Shown here in pieces: positions 12,481 through 25,526 of a stretch of DNA of 64,000 nt. Source of the stretch: Epiperipatus broadwayi (taxonomy: Eukaryota > Animalia > Onychophora); assembly GCA_028023455.1 (NCBI GenBank), contig JAQFVV010000002.1:26784001-26848000 (forward strand), given 5' to 3'. Numbering within the stretch: the first letter of the stretch is position 1; each line of letters starts with the position of its first letter. Below the pieces are notes generated by a model. That model was not told the origin of the DNA. It made no database searches and worked only from the letters and a program-made list of their open reading frames with translations. The translations under genes were made by a program, and so were the position numbers.

Positions 12481-13380
12481 TCCTATTCTCTAATTAAATT
12501 AACCCTGGAAAACAAAGTCATGCAGGTGCGTTGGTAGGCATCTTTTTCGCTTTGTGGCTTCACCTGTCTTGGTGATCTTTTTAGCAGATCCAGAGGCCTC
12601 ACCCATCGATTTTGAAACTGTAGGTTCAACCCAGCTGGCTGGAGACTCCTCACTGATATATTGTGACTCTTCTTTATCATCTGATGAGGCTTTGCTGATG
12701 GTTAATTTTAACTCAGACTTTTAGATTAGATTATCCTGCGTATAGAAGAGAACTACATCCTTGTAGCTTGGCCAATGTTCCGAATAGGCTGGATCAATTT
12801 CTTTAAATGAGGCAATTTTAATGATTTTACTTTTCCCCTCTTTATGCCATGAGAGAAATTTTTATTTTTATTTTTGATTTGTGAGAGTAACCACTAAATT
12901 TGCTTTTTTAATCTTCATTTGGGAAACTATTGCTTGTGTTATTGTCAATCTTTTGATTAAAGATAAAATCTAACAACCCTGGGGGAAGTTTCTACCTCTA
13001 TTAATAAAAAGTAACTATTCATATGAGACTTTAAAATTTTTTTACTGACAAGTCAATAACGTTTTAGCAGTCAATTTTTTATTTTTAATAATGACAAATC
13101 TAATGACTCATAGAGGCAAGACTTTGTCAATTTAAACTTTTTTTTTCCAATCATGGGGGAGATTTTTTTATTTATTTTGTTGCCTGCACCAAATCTGTTA
13201 TTTATTCGAGCAGTATATATGTGATTTAATAATCACAGAATCATGTAAATACATTTTAAACTTGTTTTTCAACTGTGGAAAAACAATTTTTTTTTTTTTA
13301 TCAACTGCACCAATATGTTTTAATATTGTATTAACAAATATTTACAATATATTTTACAATGACTATAGTCCATCTGCTAT

Positions 13381-14325
13381 TGTTTTGAGAAGTATAGCTC
13401 CTAGTTCTAGGGTGAACAATGGAGGAAAGGACTGCATGTGCCCTTATAGGTTTTCTACTACTTTCAGTTGTACTATAACAGCCTGCCTTGTGAGAAGGCC
13501 TTATGACACTTCCGGCTGGACTTGACAACTTGCCTCCTATCAGCACTTGGTTCTAGCAGCTTCTAGCCCTGAACGGGGATTTGCCTCGCTGCACCAACCA
13601 TTCAGCTTAACTGCTAGTGTCTAGAAAATTTGAATTCTATCTTCAGCTCCATGAATGTGTATACTGCCGTATAGGTTTTATAGTATTAGTTCTCTGGAGA
13701 AAGTGTATGGAGAATGTGAATACTGTTATTCAACTATATGGAAGTTGTTCTTTCCTACAGCTGTTCCCTGCCCTTACTTCAAAAGATTGACTATTTATTA
13801 CCAGATCCCTATCTGTAATGAAAACATTTAGATTCAGTGAGCATCATTGTTTATTGGCCTGTACTTGCTATTGGCTATATATTATCTCTTTGTATATGCA
13901 TTGGTTAGATGCAATCCGATCTACATAAGATGGGATCTGGGCTAGTCCATTATTTAAAGGCAAGGACAGATATAGCAAGAGCTTATAGTTATTAAAAAAC
14001 TAAGGTTACCATAATATACAGACAGTGAACTAGTTTCAGATCTATATGATTAGATAAATAAATTAGTTTAGATTGAAAGTATTTATGTTTTTCAATTTGG
14101 GCTGACAGCTTGATAACAAAGGAGAGGTGCGTTAGTTCCAAACTATCCAAGTGCACTGTTCCTAGATTCAAAAGTTCTTCACTGATGAAAGTCATAAGCT
14201 AAAAACTAGTTTTAGATATTGAATAAAACAGAAAAGGATAGGGATTTATTAAGCACTACATTTACTGCTTACTAAAACTTACACTAAATAGTACAAACAT
14301 AGACAAAATTTTTTTTTTTAGTACA
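13381..14325 (+). repeat. Longest copy of an LTR-like interspersed repeat
   Basis: TGT...ACA ends, several ATTGG (CCAAT) boxes and TATTTAAA; homologous to three other copies in the window. No target-site duplication (TSD) seen, so the LTR identity is inferred. Confidence 0.55.
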
Positions 14326-14701
14326 GTGTTATTGGTAAGTGCTAGAGATTGAATTATTGCATTGAAATTCAACCTAACGTTTGGATATACACACACATGA
14401 TTTCATGAATAATTAACTATTCAATAATTAACTTTTCAATAATTCAATTTTGCAATTTTTATCAATAAGATGTGATCAAGAAAACAGTTTGTCTATATTT
14501 CTTACGTATAACAAGATTCTATACCCTAAATAAAACTATAGCAATTAAAACTAAGAAATAAAATCTTTTAAAAATATTTATACAACAGGTTTAATATGAA
14601 ATATACATTCATGAGATTCTAAAACTTTCTAGTTAAAATAAGGCGAGTTATAAAAATATAAATAGCATAATTTAATCGAAAAAAAAAAAAATATTATATA
14701 C

Positions 14702-14805
14702 CAAAGCAGAAGCTGAATTGCGCCCCACAGTGGCAATTATTCTCATTAATTTAACAGCCTGGTGAAGAGGATAACCATATGCTAATTTCATAGGACTTGA
14801 AGAAT
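14702..14805 (-). CDS. RPAP1: RPAP1 exon 13 (phase 1-0)
   Basis: DSSSPMKLAYGYPLHQAVKLMRIIATVGRNSASAL (YG-x-P...KL-x-R...GRN). Confidence 0.92.
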
Positions 14806-15089
14806 CTAATTTAAAAAAAGAAAACATGATTAAAAGATTCTAAATATTAACATTTTAAAATAATATATACTTTTTTAAAAAATACAGAATTGTTACAATT
14901 AAAAATAAAAAAAATTATAACAAAATTAAAGTTTTATGTCCATACAACTAAAAAAATGTGTGCAAATAATCCAAATCATTATCTTTTTTTTCTTTAAGTG
15001 AAAATACAAAATTAAAAAAATATTTTTGCAACTGAATGGGCTGATGAGTAATGTATTAATTATTATCAAGACTAGCGAAAAAAAATTAC

Positions 15090-15159
15090 CAAGTGGTTTC
15101 CAAGAAAAAGGCAGAAAATTTTCAAAAATTGTATCCATCAATCGTGGGCAATTTAAAAC
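15090..15159 (-). CDS. RPAP1: RPAP1 exon 12 (phase 0-1)
   Basis: VLNCPRLMDTIFENFLPFSWKPL; 94-nt upstream intron. Confidence 0.92.
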
Positions 15160-15253
15160 CTGTACTAAAGAAAACCAAAAACAGTTATATTATTTGTTCT
15201 TTTTATCAAAATGGAAAATGTCAATTTGGTACTTAAAATGTAAAAAACCCCAC

Positions 15254-15388
15254 CTGAACAGCACTCTGTAAAGAATGTCTAGATACCCGAATAAGAATAT
15301 TCAATGTGGCAACAACTACATTAATATCAGGATGACAGACTTCAAGAACATACCGTAGCCGAGGAAGCAATTTCATTTGAATGAGACC
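15254..15388 (-). CDS. RPAP1: RPAP1 exon 11 (phase 0-0)
   Basis: GLIQMKLLPRLRYVLEVCHPDINVVVATLNILIRVSRHSLQSAVQ. Confidence 0.95.
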
Positions 15389-16436
15389 CTGAAAATAATT
15401 AAAAAAGATTATATCACATCATAAATTTACTAAAATTTTTATAAATTTAAATTACTAAATTAAAATAATTATGAAACAAACTGATGACTTGATTTAGGAA
15501 TATTTCTAAAAGTAATAAACAATTATTATTCCTATATCTTGTTTGATACAATTATATAAACATCACTTTTTTCAATTCTAAACAAAAGCTGCCACATAAA
15601 ATAAGAGATATGTAATCATGATGGAATTTAATACATGATATATTAATCTTTAATTAGGTTTAAAGTATATATTGAGAAAATTGAAATATAATTTATAGCC
15701 TAATAAAAATGATTTGTAAATAATCATTAATATTTATCCTAGATGATATTATCAAAATGAATGCATTTAAATGGAGTTGCACTTGTGAATTAAATTGTAG
15801 ATATTTGCTATGGATAAATACCTACATTTTGAAAATGAAGACGTGTGGAAAAGGATTTGGGCCAAATAACATTGGTAGGTTCTGCCACAGATGCACCTTG
15901 GGGATCATTTGCTTTTAACATGTCTTTATGCCTATGTTTTAAGGAATGTGTTAATTCAGAAGTTTCGTTATATATAAATAAATTGCAAAGATTAATAAGA
16001 ATTCATGATTTATATGAATTATGTTTACTATTATTAAAAAAAAACCACAATCAATATGTAAATTAAAAAGTCACTAATATTTTATATGAATACTGTTAAT
16101 ATATTCAATATTACACCCTGTATATAACAAAGTATCACACGATACTCTTAATTTCAACATTTGCAATAATTAGAAGTATTAACTCATTCTATTTTCTACA
16201 CTCTAGAACCATCTATTGTAAGACTGAGTTACTAAATATTAATGTAGCCTAGTGTCTGGTTATAATTCTTCAACAATGAGATGTGAATGAAGGCAAACAG
16301 TCAGAAGCTAGTCTAGGAATTTAATTGGTGCTACCATCGAGTACTTATTGTTTACTCTACCTTAGTATAAATGTCTTTTAAGTAGAATAAATACAACACA
16401 TTATTGATGTTAAGATTAGATTCCTAATTAGCTACA

Positions 16437-16990
16437 GTTATCTATCTGTATTTTTATATTGGACTATTTCCATTATCTAATATGTGTGTTGAATGTCTTT
16501 AGAAAAGTTTTATTTTATTTAAATATTCCAAATACATTCAACTGTTAGTAATATCACAGCAAACAGGTTAGTATATTCACAATGTTTTGAGAGGTATTTT
16601 TCTCCCATCTTCTTCAGGTGTTGCTGGCCTGACCGGTGACAGTACTGGTATGGGATTTGAACTTGGGTCCTTAGATTCTTGATTATTGAATTTTACCAGG
16701 TAACCAACTGACCTAAGAATCCAGGTTCGAATCCCAAGCTAATACTGTCACTGGTCAGGCCAGCAATATCCGAAGAAGAGGGGAGAAAAATACCTCCCAA
16801 AACGTTGTGAATATACTAACCTGTTTGCTGTGATATTATTAACAGTTGGTGCATATATTAACCTGTTTGCTGTGATATTACTAACAGTTGAATGTACTTG
16901 GAATATTTAAATTATATTAAACTTTTCTAAAGACATTCAACACACATGTTAGATGATGGAAATAGTCCAATATAAAAATACAGCTAGAAC
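16437..16990. mobile_element. Head-to-head inverted pair of a tRNA-headed, HHR-bearing PLE-type repeat
   Basis: Arms 16441-16674 and 16713-16987 are complementary. B box GGTTCGAATCCC at 16724-16735; the minus copy starts GGTCAGTTGGTTA (A-box-like). Same family as 7881-8507. Confidence 0.8.
16578..16620 (-). ncRNA. Minimal type I hammerhead motif (G12A lesion)
   Basis: CAC CUGAAGA A GAUGGG agaaaaaua CCUCUC AAAACAUU GUG. The right-arm copy (16767-16809) keeps the AACGUU palindrome; the two-arm consensus is canonical. Confidence 0.7.
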
Positions 16991-17939
16991 ACCATCATCA
17001 CAAACCTTCAGGAAAACATAGTTACCTATATTTCATTTCATTTCAATACTTAAAGAAATTGATATTTAATTGAATTTATTACAAGAATTGAAAGAATGGT
17101 AAACTTCAATATCCATAGGTGTCTGCCCTTTCTCATCAATAGTTGACACTCTATCATATTACATTCATATTTTTGATTTATGAGCAGAAGTATATCAATA
17201 TTCATCTAATCATTCCAAATTATTTTGGGATCATTATTTTCCTGCAGAGAATAAATACATGCCCATTCACAGGCATATTATTATGGTTGATTGGTTTAAG
17301 CATGGATTATCTATCTAAAAAAAATTTCCAAGCTTAAAGAGGAACTTCAACAACAAATAATTAATTGATAAATATATATATATATATTTCAACTGTTCTT
17401 ATCATGCTAAATGCATGTTTCATAATCAAGTTTAAAATCTATTCATATAAATATGTGTGTAAAATACTTGTGACAATTTATTAATTTTACACAAAATGAT
17501 ATATCTTTAAGAAGGATGGTAAGTTATTGCTAATAAAACTTCAATAAAATTCGTTTTGAAAATTCAAGAGACAAAAATTCTTTTTTATAAATTTTGTCTA
17601 AATATATATATATTGCTGTGTCCTGAGAGTCTCTAAAGACCAGTCAGGGAGCTACATAAACAAACAATGTATATATAACAATATTTGTTTAATATCAATA
17701 ATAATGTGATAAAAACAACAAAAAAAGCTAATAGTCCATTAATATTCATATACTATTTATAATCTTCAGGTGAAAATAGTCTTCTTTCTCATCAGGAGCA
17801 ATCCAGTTATTTTATTTATGCTTTTAAATCAAATGTCTCTTGAAGCATAAATAAGCATATATAATTTCAGTATAGAATAAACTATTAAAGTTCACAATCG
17901 CAGTGTTATACACATTTTATTCATTATATATTAACCATC

Positions 17940-18200
17940 TCCATTACCAACTTTCTTACGGTTGGTTAAGCTTCAGTTAATCACTCCTTGCTGGTAATAT
18001 CCTTTTCCATTCACAAACACGTATTGCTTCTCACTTGCCCCTATTCCATTTTAGACTTAATTTCTGCTAGTCGATCTATTCATCTATCATTGACCATTCT
18101 TTACTGCTGATCTTCCATCACTTCAAATCAATACAAACCTTAATCTAGTCTAACCATTTTAGCAGCTCCCTCCCTCTTCTTCATTTATGAGAGTATCTTA
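17940..18200 (-). mobile_element. Old LINE (RTE/CR1-like) 3' fragment
   Basis: Purine-rich minus strand with decayed C-terminal pattern (...KDITSKE*LTEA*PTVRK). Weak. Confidence 0.35.
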
Positions 18201-21200
18201 TATACAATCTAACTTGTATGCAACTAACTTTATTTGCATACAAATTCTATTCTAATTTAATTTATAATTTGGGATGATCTCTCAAGCAAATTTCTAAAGA
18301 AAATTTTCTCCAAAAAAAGAGGGAAAACACTCAAATTCATTCTTAATTTTCAATATATCAATAAACAAACAAAAGGTACGAGCTTATGGCATGACTGCCA
18401 ACTTGCGTCACAACTGACAATTAAATTTTAAATGTAAATTGCTATGCAGTCAGGTGGCAAGGTGGCTAAAGCTTTTATTTAAATTGTAGAATTAATTCCA
18501 TGTTTGTTTTATTGTTTTGTCTTTGTTATATATATCTAGAACATATTTTCCATCTATGTTGTTTTAAAAAAAAAAGATTTACTATTTTAAAGTATTCACA
18601 CTTCTAATCGATTAAGTTAAAAAATAGAAAACTGATTTTGCACTAGCATGGGAAGTTTAACCCGAATTCATACAAATCCATTAAAAAAATTACTTTGATT
18701 TCAATATTTGAATTGCAAAAAAAAAATCCTTAAAAACAATTTATATTAATTTTCAGGAATCTTAAAATGGATAAATAATCACAACTGTAAGAAGTATTTC
18801 TTCATCCATATAATATGTATTAAAAGGGATTATGTCCTTACATGAGGGATCAGATTGACTTTAGGCCAACATGGGTGTGACAAGAATCTCAGCCTCAGGG
18901 TGGCCTTTGAGCATTCCACCATCAGATTTTCAATTGGATGGACGGTTGAAGAGTTAGAGTATGGAATGGATTGAAGCCTGTCCATTAAAGTATGAGGATT
19001 GGCTATCTTAATATATATCTGAGCACTTATTGCATATATGTGTGGAGATGATAATCTGGACCAATTGATAATTGCTGGTTTAGAATGAAATACAAATATT
19101 GGTGATTATTTATTTTTTTGACATATATGTGTTCAGGTGTATCAGTGTTATGAGAAAGAGTGGAGAGTGGTGGGTTGTGTGAAAGTCTGGGCTCATATAC
19201 CCTATATATTACATAAATATATTGAAATAAATAATTTAGCTCTGGCAAAAAGTTAAAAAAAAAAAAAAAAGAAATCAGTTCATAAAAGAATATCTCAACA
19301 AAAAGACGATAATTGACATTCAAAATAATAAATGAAATCAATGCAAGTCAATTTTTATACAATAAATAACAAGTTATTATAGCAGCAAGATTATATAAAA
19401 TAAAATAAAATCATTCTAATTTAACAAAAGAATATATCTAAGCCTTGGACTTATTGTAAATAGTAAACATAACTGCATTATTGTTATGTTAAAAGGAATA
19501 TAAAATTTTCTTACTAAAAAATTCAAAGTAATACCAACACATAGAATGAACTATTTGAGTTTTTACTTACATATATAAATGATAATCAAAACTATGTGCG
19601 ATTCATACACATCCAATCTTTGAACATTGATTGAAACCAATATATATTTCTATAGGTATAGATTGATTTGCGATATTGAACACAATATTGTGGAAAGGTC
19701 ATAAAAGGATCACTTCACTCTATTTATTGGCCTGCTACTGCCTATTGATGTGTCAGTAAACAATTCATTATTATTTGTTATTAGTATAAATATATATAAA
19801 AAAAAGCCCCATAAGGATCAAACAATATTCATAAAGAATTTACAGTTAAAAAAAAAAAAAAGGAAGAATCATACCACCAATGTATATTAGCAATTAATAC
19901 TATAAGAGATCAAATTAAGTATGGAAAGGCTTAAGAATTTTGAAAAGGTTTATCGATATATTTAAAAACCAATCTTTAAAAATATTGATCAAATTTTAAA
20001 GTACGATCTATATATCTTTTATGGGATGTTAATTTATGAGTACTAGATTAATGTGGAGGTCCGTTTATTATGTTAGCTCGTAAACTCCTGCTTATAAAAA
20101 AAGTAGTACATTCTATTTTCTCTATGTTAGTTATCTATTGCAAGGTTGAGTAATCAATGAGACATTGGATGGTACCACATTCCCAGATTTATTATTTGCT
20201 AATACCATCTTCCATGAGAAGCACAAATGCTGCTACAAGACTTCAATAATGGATTTTATTTAAGACAAAGTATTAATCAAATTGTTAGACAAAGAAAAAT
20301 ATTTTGTAGCCAATAATGTTATACAGATATATACTTTGGCAAATGTTTTACACATCTGTTTGATGTAAATTGTAGAAAACAAAATGTTACACAGTAGACA
20401 AATAAGGATTTTGGAAGTGGGAATCTGAAGGTTTTTTGAATTTTTTATTGTTTGCATTCTCTTAATGGGATACTTAAAACTCAGATATATTAAAAAATGT
20501 TTTAAAAATATTTATTACTTTTTAAGATACCTGAAAAACTATGTTATGTATGGTCTGTTCTCAAAGAGAGTTGTAGGTATACACACACAAAAAATAATTC
20601 CATAGTTAATAGCTCAGAAAATCAAATAATATTTCATGGTAACCTATCTATTTGTCCTAAGGTTTATTTTTTTACATTATTCTTTAGCCAACTACTCTAC
20701 AACTATGCCAAATCAAATTTGAGCTGCCTCTTTGTTCAAATCAATCTTTATATAAAAAAAATATCAATACTGTAATTGTTTCAATTAGAGAAACAATTAA
20801 ACAAAATAATGTGAGCTCATGTTAGACCTTGAAGTAAGTTCTATTTTTATTAATTTGTACCAATGAATTGACAAATCTAAAAATAAAGCATAAATTAATT
20901 CTTTATTTTTATAAAAGACAGATCAACATATCTATAGTACCATGAATTTTTTATTTTTTCAAACTTGGTACTGGAATCTTTTAAAAATAAAATGAAAATT
21001 CTTATATATTTGAATGCATCATGCATAATTGTATTTATTCAGCAGACTATAGCCTATTCTGCAGAAATATTTTTACATTGTAAATTTAGATTTTAAAGTT
21101 CCTCACTGATATGAATAAATTTTGGGCAATCTATAAAGAATACGTATTGAAAATTGGAGAAGATTAATATAGTATTATACAATGGAACATATAATCTAAA

Positions 21201-21307
21201 GCATTGAATTTGCTACAAACCATTTCCAATATTGATTTTTATTCAAGTCTTAGACATTTTATTTTTTCCATTACTACTGTATATCATAAAACAGTTTATT
21301 TCCCGTT

Positions 21308-21690
21308 ATATATAAATAAACACAAAAACTTAAAAGTAAAGTTTAAAAGAGAAGTTATAAATAAATATAATAACAAGCTGAACGTTTTCGAGGATCCATG
21401 CCTTATAATCATAGCTTTCTTAAAAATATATAATAAAATATATACAAAGATATTTAAATTAGCATGTGTTACTAATGCTATAAATAGAAAAGACACTTGC
21501 TTTGATATATCGAAGAAATAGTCCACGTAACACGTGCTAATTTAAATATCTTTGTATATATTTTATTATATATTTTTAAGAAAGCTATGATTATGAGGCA
21601 TGGATCCTCAAAAACGTTCAGCTTATTATTATATTTATTTATAACTTCTCTTTTAAACTTTACTTTTAAGTTTTTGTGTTTACTATATAT
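21308..21690 (+). mobile_element. PLE 3' end with inverted pLTR; arms carry A3-U8 hammerheads
   Basis: Near-perfect arms 21308-21472 and 21527-21690; the spacer encodes NAINRKDTCFDISKK* (GIY-YIG tail, same pattern as at 39.8 kb). Confidence 0.85.
21582..21624 (+). ncRNA. Hammerhead motif with variant core AUGAUUA (mirror copy 21375-21417, minus strand)
   Basis: AAGCU AUGAUUA U GAGG cauggau CCUC (G/A)AA AACGUU C AGCUU. Helices I and II and the palindromic helix III all pair; GAAA is intact in the left arm and G10.1 in the right arm. Confidence 0.8.
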
Positions 21691-22145
21691 CATATAACAA
21701 ATAATCTTATGGTCTTTTATTTTATTTCTCCAATATTTTTTTTCATGATTTGAACCATAAGATCATGTATGATAAGATCATTTTTTTATACATCATTAGG
21801 TGAACATTTTTTTTTTTGGCATAATAATCATGTAAAATATACTCATGATTAACTTTATTCAATAATTGTCTTTTTTTTAAAAAAAAACAAAAATACTTTT
21901 AATCTTTTTTTTTACTGCAGGAAACAGTGCTCAGACTGATTTTTTTAATTTTATTGCAATATATATATATAAATATTATTCTAAAAATACCTTAGATGCC
22001 CATATATATACAAATTCAATTTATCCTAATTAACATTAACTTTAAAATTTGAATGCAGTCTTTATATACATGTAATATAATCATGATTATGGCATCCTGC
22101 ACCAAAAATATATTTGCATAAATTGAATTTGTATTTTATTTTAAA

Positions 22146-22254
22146 TTTACACAGAGGCTAAACTCTCCATACAGTAGCGCCACCAGTGCAAGCCAGAGTA
22201 ATGAATGGATGCACTGGTGGTGCTATTGTATGGAGAGTTTAGCCTCTGTGTAAA
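22146..22254. repeat. Short hairpin repeat / MITE-like element
   Basis: TTTACACAGAGGCTAAACTCTCCATACAGTAGCGCCACCAGTGCA...inverted; related copy at 28356-28498. Confidence 0.75.
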
Positions 22255-22699
22255 CAGCTGGTGTAAGCATAAGAAATGGTGAACAGGTGATATTTGAAAT
22301 TTACTGTACACTTCGCCAACACACACACACACATGTATGAATATATTTTAATACATATATATATTTCTCCTATTTAGAAGATTAAAAAAAAATTATTATA
22401 AAACATTAAACATTACAAAGATGATAAACAAGACCTCTAAAGTATTCATAAATGAGTGATATATGGATAGCAATAAATATTTCATTAAGTGAAAAGCTCA
22501 GAGATGTTTAAGAAAGCACTTTGAATGAAACTAAATTTTTTTTTATTAAAAAATAAAAGTATGATATGATAAGAAGTCCATGTACTTTTTAAAAAGTACA
22601 CCTTTCAAACCTGATGGAAGTTTAATTTTTATAAAATCCTACTTATAGAGTTTCTGTTTTAAGTTAGTTTAAATAAAATGGCAAAGTTTCTGAGGCAAC

Positions 22700-23620
22700 T
22701 GACTCACATATCTATTTCATCTAATTATTTGTTAGTAAATCAGTTTCTAATTATTCTTAACAAAAAAGTAAAATGTAGAAAAAAAACCCTCTTTATTCTT
22801 CATCTAACCAGTAATCTCGTAAGGAATGTTTCCTTCTTCCTTGATCTTTTTCAGAAAAGGAGAGAACTTTGCCGTACAGATTGCTATTTTGATTTTGCTT
22901 TATTAAAAACAAAAAAAAAATGCTTTTAATAGAGATCATAGGCTTCTTGATTTCTGTTATCAAGTAATTAAATACTGTGAAAGAATTATGCTTTTCTAAT
23001 GACGGATCATTTAGAAAAGTCATTTCATAATGAGTTACTAATCTTTTGAGGAGATAGTTCATTATCTTATTCAAACAAACAGTATAAAATATTGATAAAT
23101 TTTTCAAAAGATAAATAGTAAATACAATGCCCACTTTTCTTTGCCATATCACATTCTCATAGATGTGTGATATAATATGCATGTTTGCATTTTCGATTTT
23201 GCATTAATAATTGGGATAATGTTGAAAATTTTATAAGCTTAAGACGATTTCCCCAGAATTGCGTTAAATATTAAGATTCGTTTTGAATAACCAGAACAAT
23301 GATTACCAAAGACAACGTTTACCATATAATTTATGAACATCACCTTAATATGAAAAATCAAAACAACTGAGTGAAAATCAATAGACCTTTGACTTTGATA
23401 ATTAAACAATAGATGATTTGGATGTTTGGAATTTGGGCAGTGACTTGTATTTCTCTGATTAGCGAAGGATTATGATGCTTTATTGGTATATTATCAGCAT
23501 TTTCTAAAATTTTAATAATGCTTTCGCATATTTATTTTGATATGGGGTACGATATTGAAAAATACAATTCAAAAATAACTTTATCAAATGTAGATGCCCC
23601 CTTTTTTAACACTCTCCATA
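22700..23620 (+). mobile_element. Possible highly decayed Penelope-like element
   Basis: Scattered patterns SFFLD, FSLPY, IYEHHLNMKN, FDFDN in the order expected for RT thumb then GIY-YIG; many disruptions. Confidence 0.3.
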
Positions 23621-24139
23621 GAATAAATGATTTCAAGACCTCCTAAATGACTATAAGACTGTGCAAAGTTACACATCACAAACAAGATTCAAGCTATAAA
23701 AACATTAATTAGTCGTTCTCATTTCTCCTAAAAATGAGCATTGTATTTCACTTGCTCTTTATTGGTGAAACCAATGAATACTGTTCACCTCAACTTGTAT
23801 TACACAATTTATCTCAATCACCTTTCCAAGTATGGTTTTATATACAAACTTTTCCTTCATCTAATACTCAGCCCTTTGAAAACAATGATAACAGATAACC
23901 TCTTTCTCTGAAATAAGATGAATTTTTACGTTTAATTTTCTCCTGTTTTTTTTTAGGACTCATTATTCCTAAAATAAGTTTGTCCTTTTGTTTTCTAAAA
24001 ACAAATAACAAAAAAGCATTAATTATTTAAGTATCAATCACTTTTAATTTGAAACAATGAAACCTAACATAACCTCAGACTAAATGGTAGTGCTTAAAAA
24101 TTCTTATCCAGTACTATCCTATCTAATATCCTTACATTA

Positions 24140-24570
24140 GTTTCTAGTTTATGACATTCTTCAGTGAGGAACTTTGGACTAATCCTGGTGAAAGGATAGC
24201 ATATCTATAGTTATTATAAAATTAAGAATACCATAATATAAGAATAATGAATACTTTCAGATCTATATAACTATCCAAGAAAGTTGGTTTAGATTGAAAA
24301 CATTTGTTTCTCAATATGGGTTGGAAGCTTGATAGTAAAACAAAGTAATAAAAGATGGCTGCTGGAAGAAAAATGCATTAGATCCAAAAAAAATCCAGGT
24401 GCATTACTACCAGATTCAAATCTCCTCGCTGATGAATGCCATAAACTAAAAATTAGTTTGGAGATATTAAATAGGATATCACTGGATAGGATTTAATTAA
24501 ATGTTACCACCTAACATCTACTAATTACTCAAATTTACACTAGGTAGCGTATATATGGGAAAAGAGAATT
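24140..24570 (+). repeat. Copy of the LTR-like repeat family (3' half)
   Basis: Colinear with 13985-14320 (TTTCAGATCTATAT...GGTTTAGATTGAAA...CTGATGAA...TTACACTA). Confidence 0.7.
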
Positions 24571-25526
24571 TGCTATAGAACTTTTAATTTATAATGAAGA
24601 AAACAATTTGTAATAAGAATGTTAAAATAATATTTTCATTTAAATTAATATACTAGAAATTAGAATGCCCCCCATGTTGTAATGGAAATGCATGTTTCTG
24701 CTATAATTATGATCTGAAGTTTAAATCGAGACTGTTAAAGTTTTGATATTTTTTTCAATTCATAAGCAGGCTTAGAATTTTTCTTTTAGATAGTCTACCA
24801 CCTACAGTATTGATTAAGAAATACATACCTATCTATTATTAAATGGAGAGTAAAAATCTCAAAATTATTCTGGATTGATCAGATGACTATACAATGAGGT
24901 GAAAATGGCCTTTATCAATGAGAGGAGGGGACGTCAAATTCATACAGGTTCTGAGACTAGTTTATTTATATTAACAATTTGGCAAAAAAAAAATTGAAAT
25001 AATTGGGGGGAAAAATACAATATAAATAAACGATGTTTAAAAATGACATAAAAATTCTAATTAAAATTCTTTAAAATAGTTCAATATAAAATTGTCATAT
25101 AATAATTTTAGATACATAAAAAAGATTAAAGTTGAATAATGGACTTATATATCCAAAGTCAAGGATTGAATCCATTCTTACATAAGCATCTGTCTAATGT
25201 GAAATAAAAACAAATTGTAATGAATAAGAAACATAGATGACTGAATGTATGCAATATTTTTGTAAGCTGCTGAACTATTAACAAGAGGCATTATTTGCTA
25301 AACTTTTTTTTTTTATATCAAATAAAGATGTATCCTTTTTTTCATCTTGTAACATAAACACAATGCAAAAATAAAAGTTAAATTGCATCATTTAGAATTT
25401 TTACATTCATCCATAACTATTAATTAACAAAAATATAAAATATAGTATATTTCTTAATTATACACCCCCCCCCCCCATACAGATATGCATAACATAAAAA
25501 AATTACTACATAAATATAGATTGAAC

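Noticed and set aside
12681-12705. CTGATGAG as a hammerhead core
   Set aside because: No helix II followed by GAAA.
16650-16735. Functional tRNA gene
   Set aside because: A and B boxes are present but there is no closed cloverleaf or anticodon arm, and the segment is embedded in a repeated element.
22083-22120. ATGATTATGG as another A3-U8 hammerhead
   Set aside because: Helix II is weak, GAAA is absent, helix I does not pair and there is no inverted partner.
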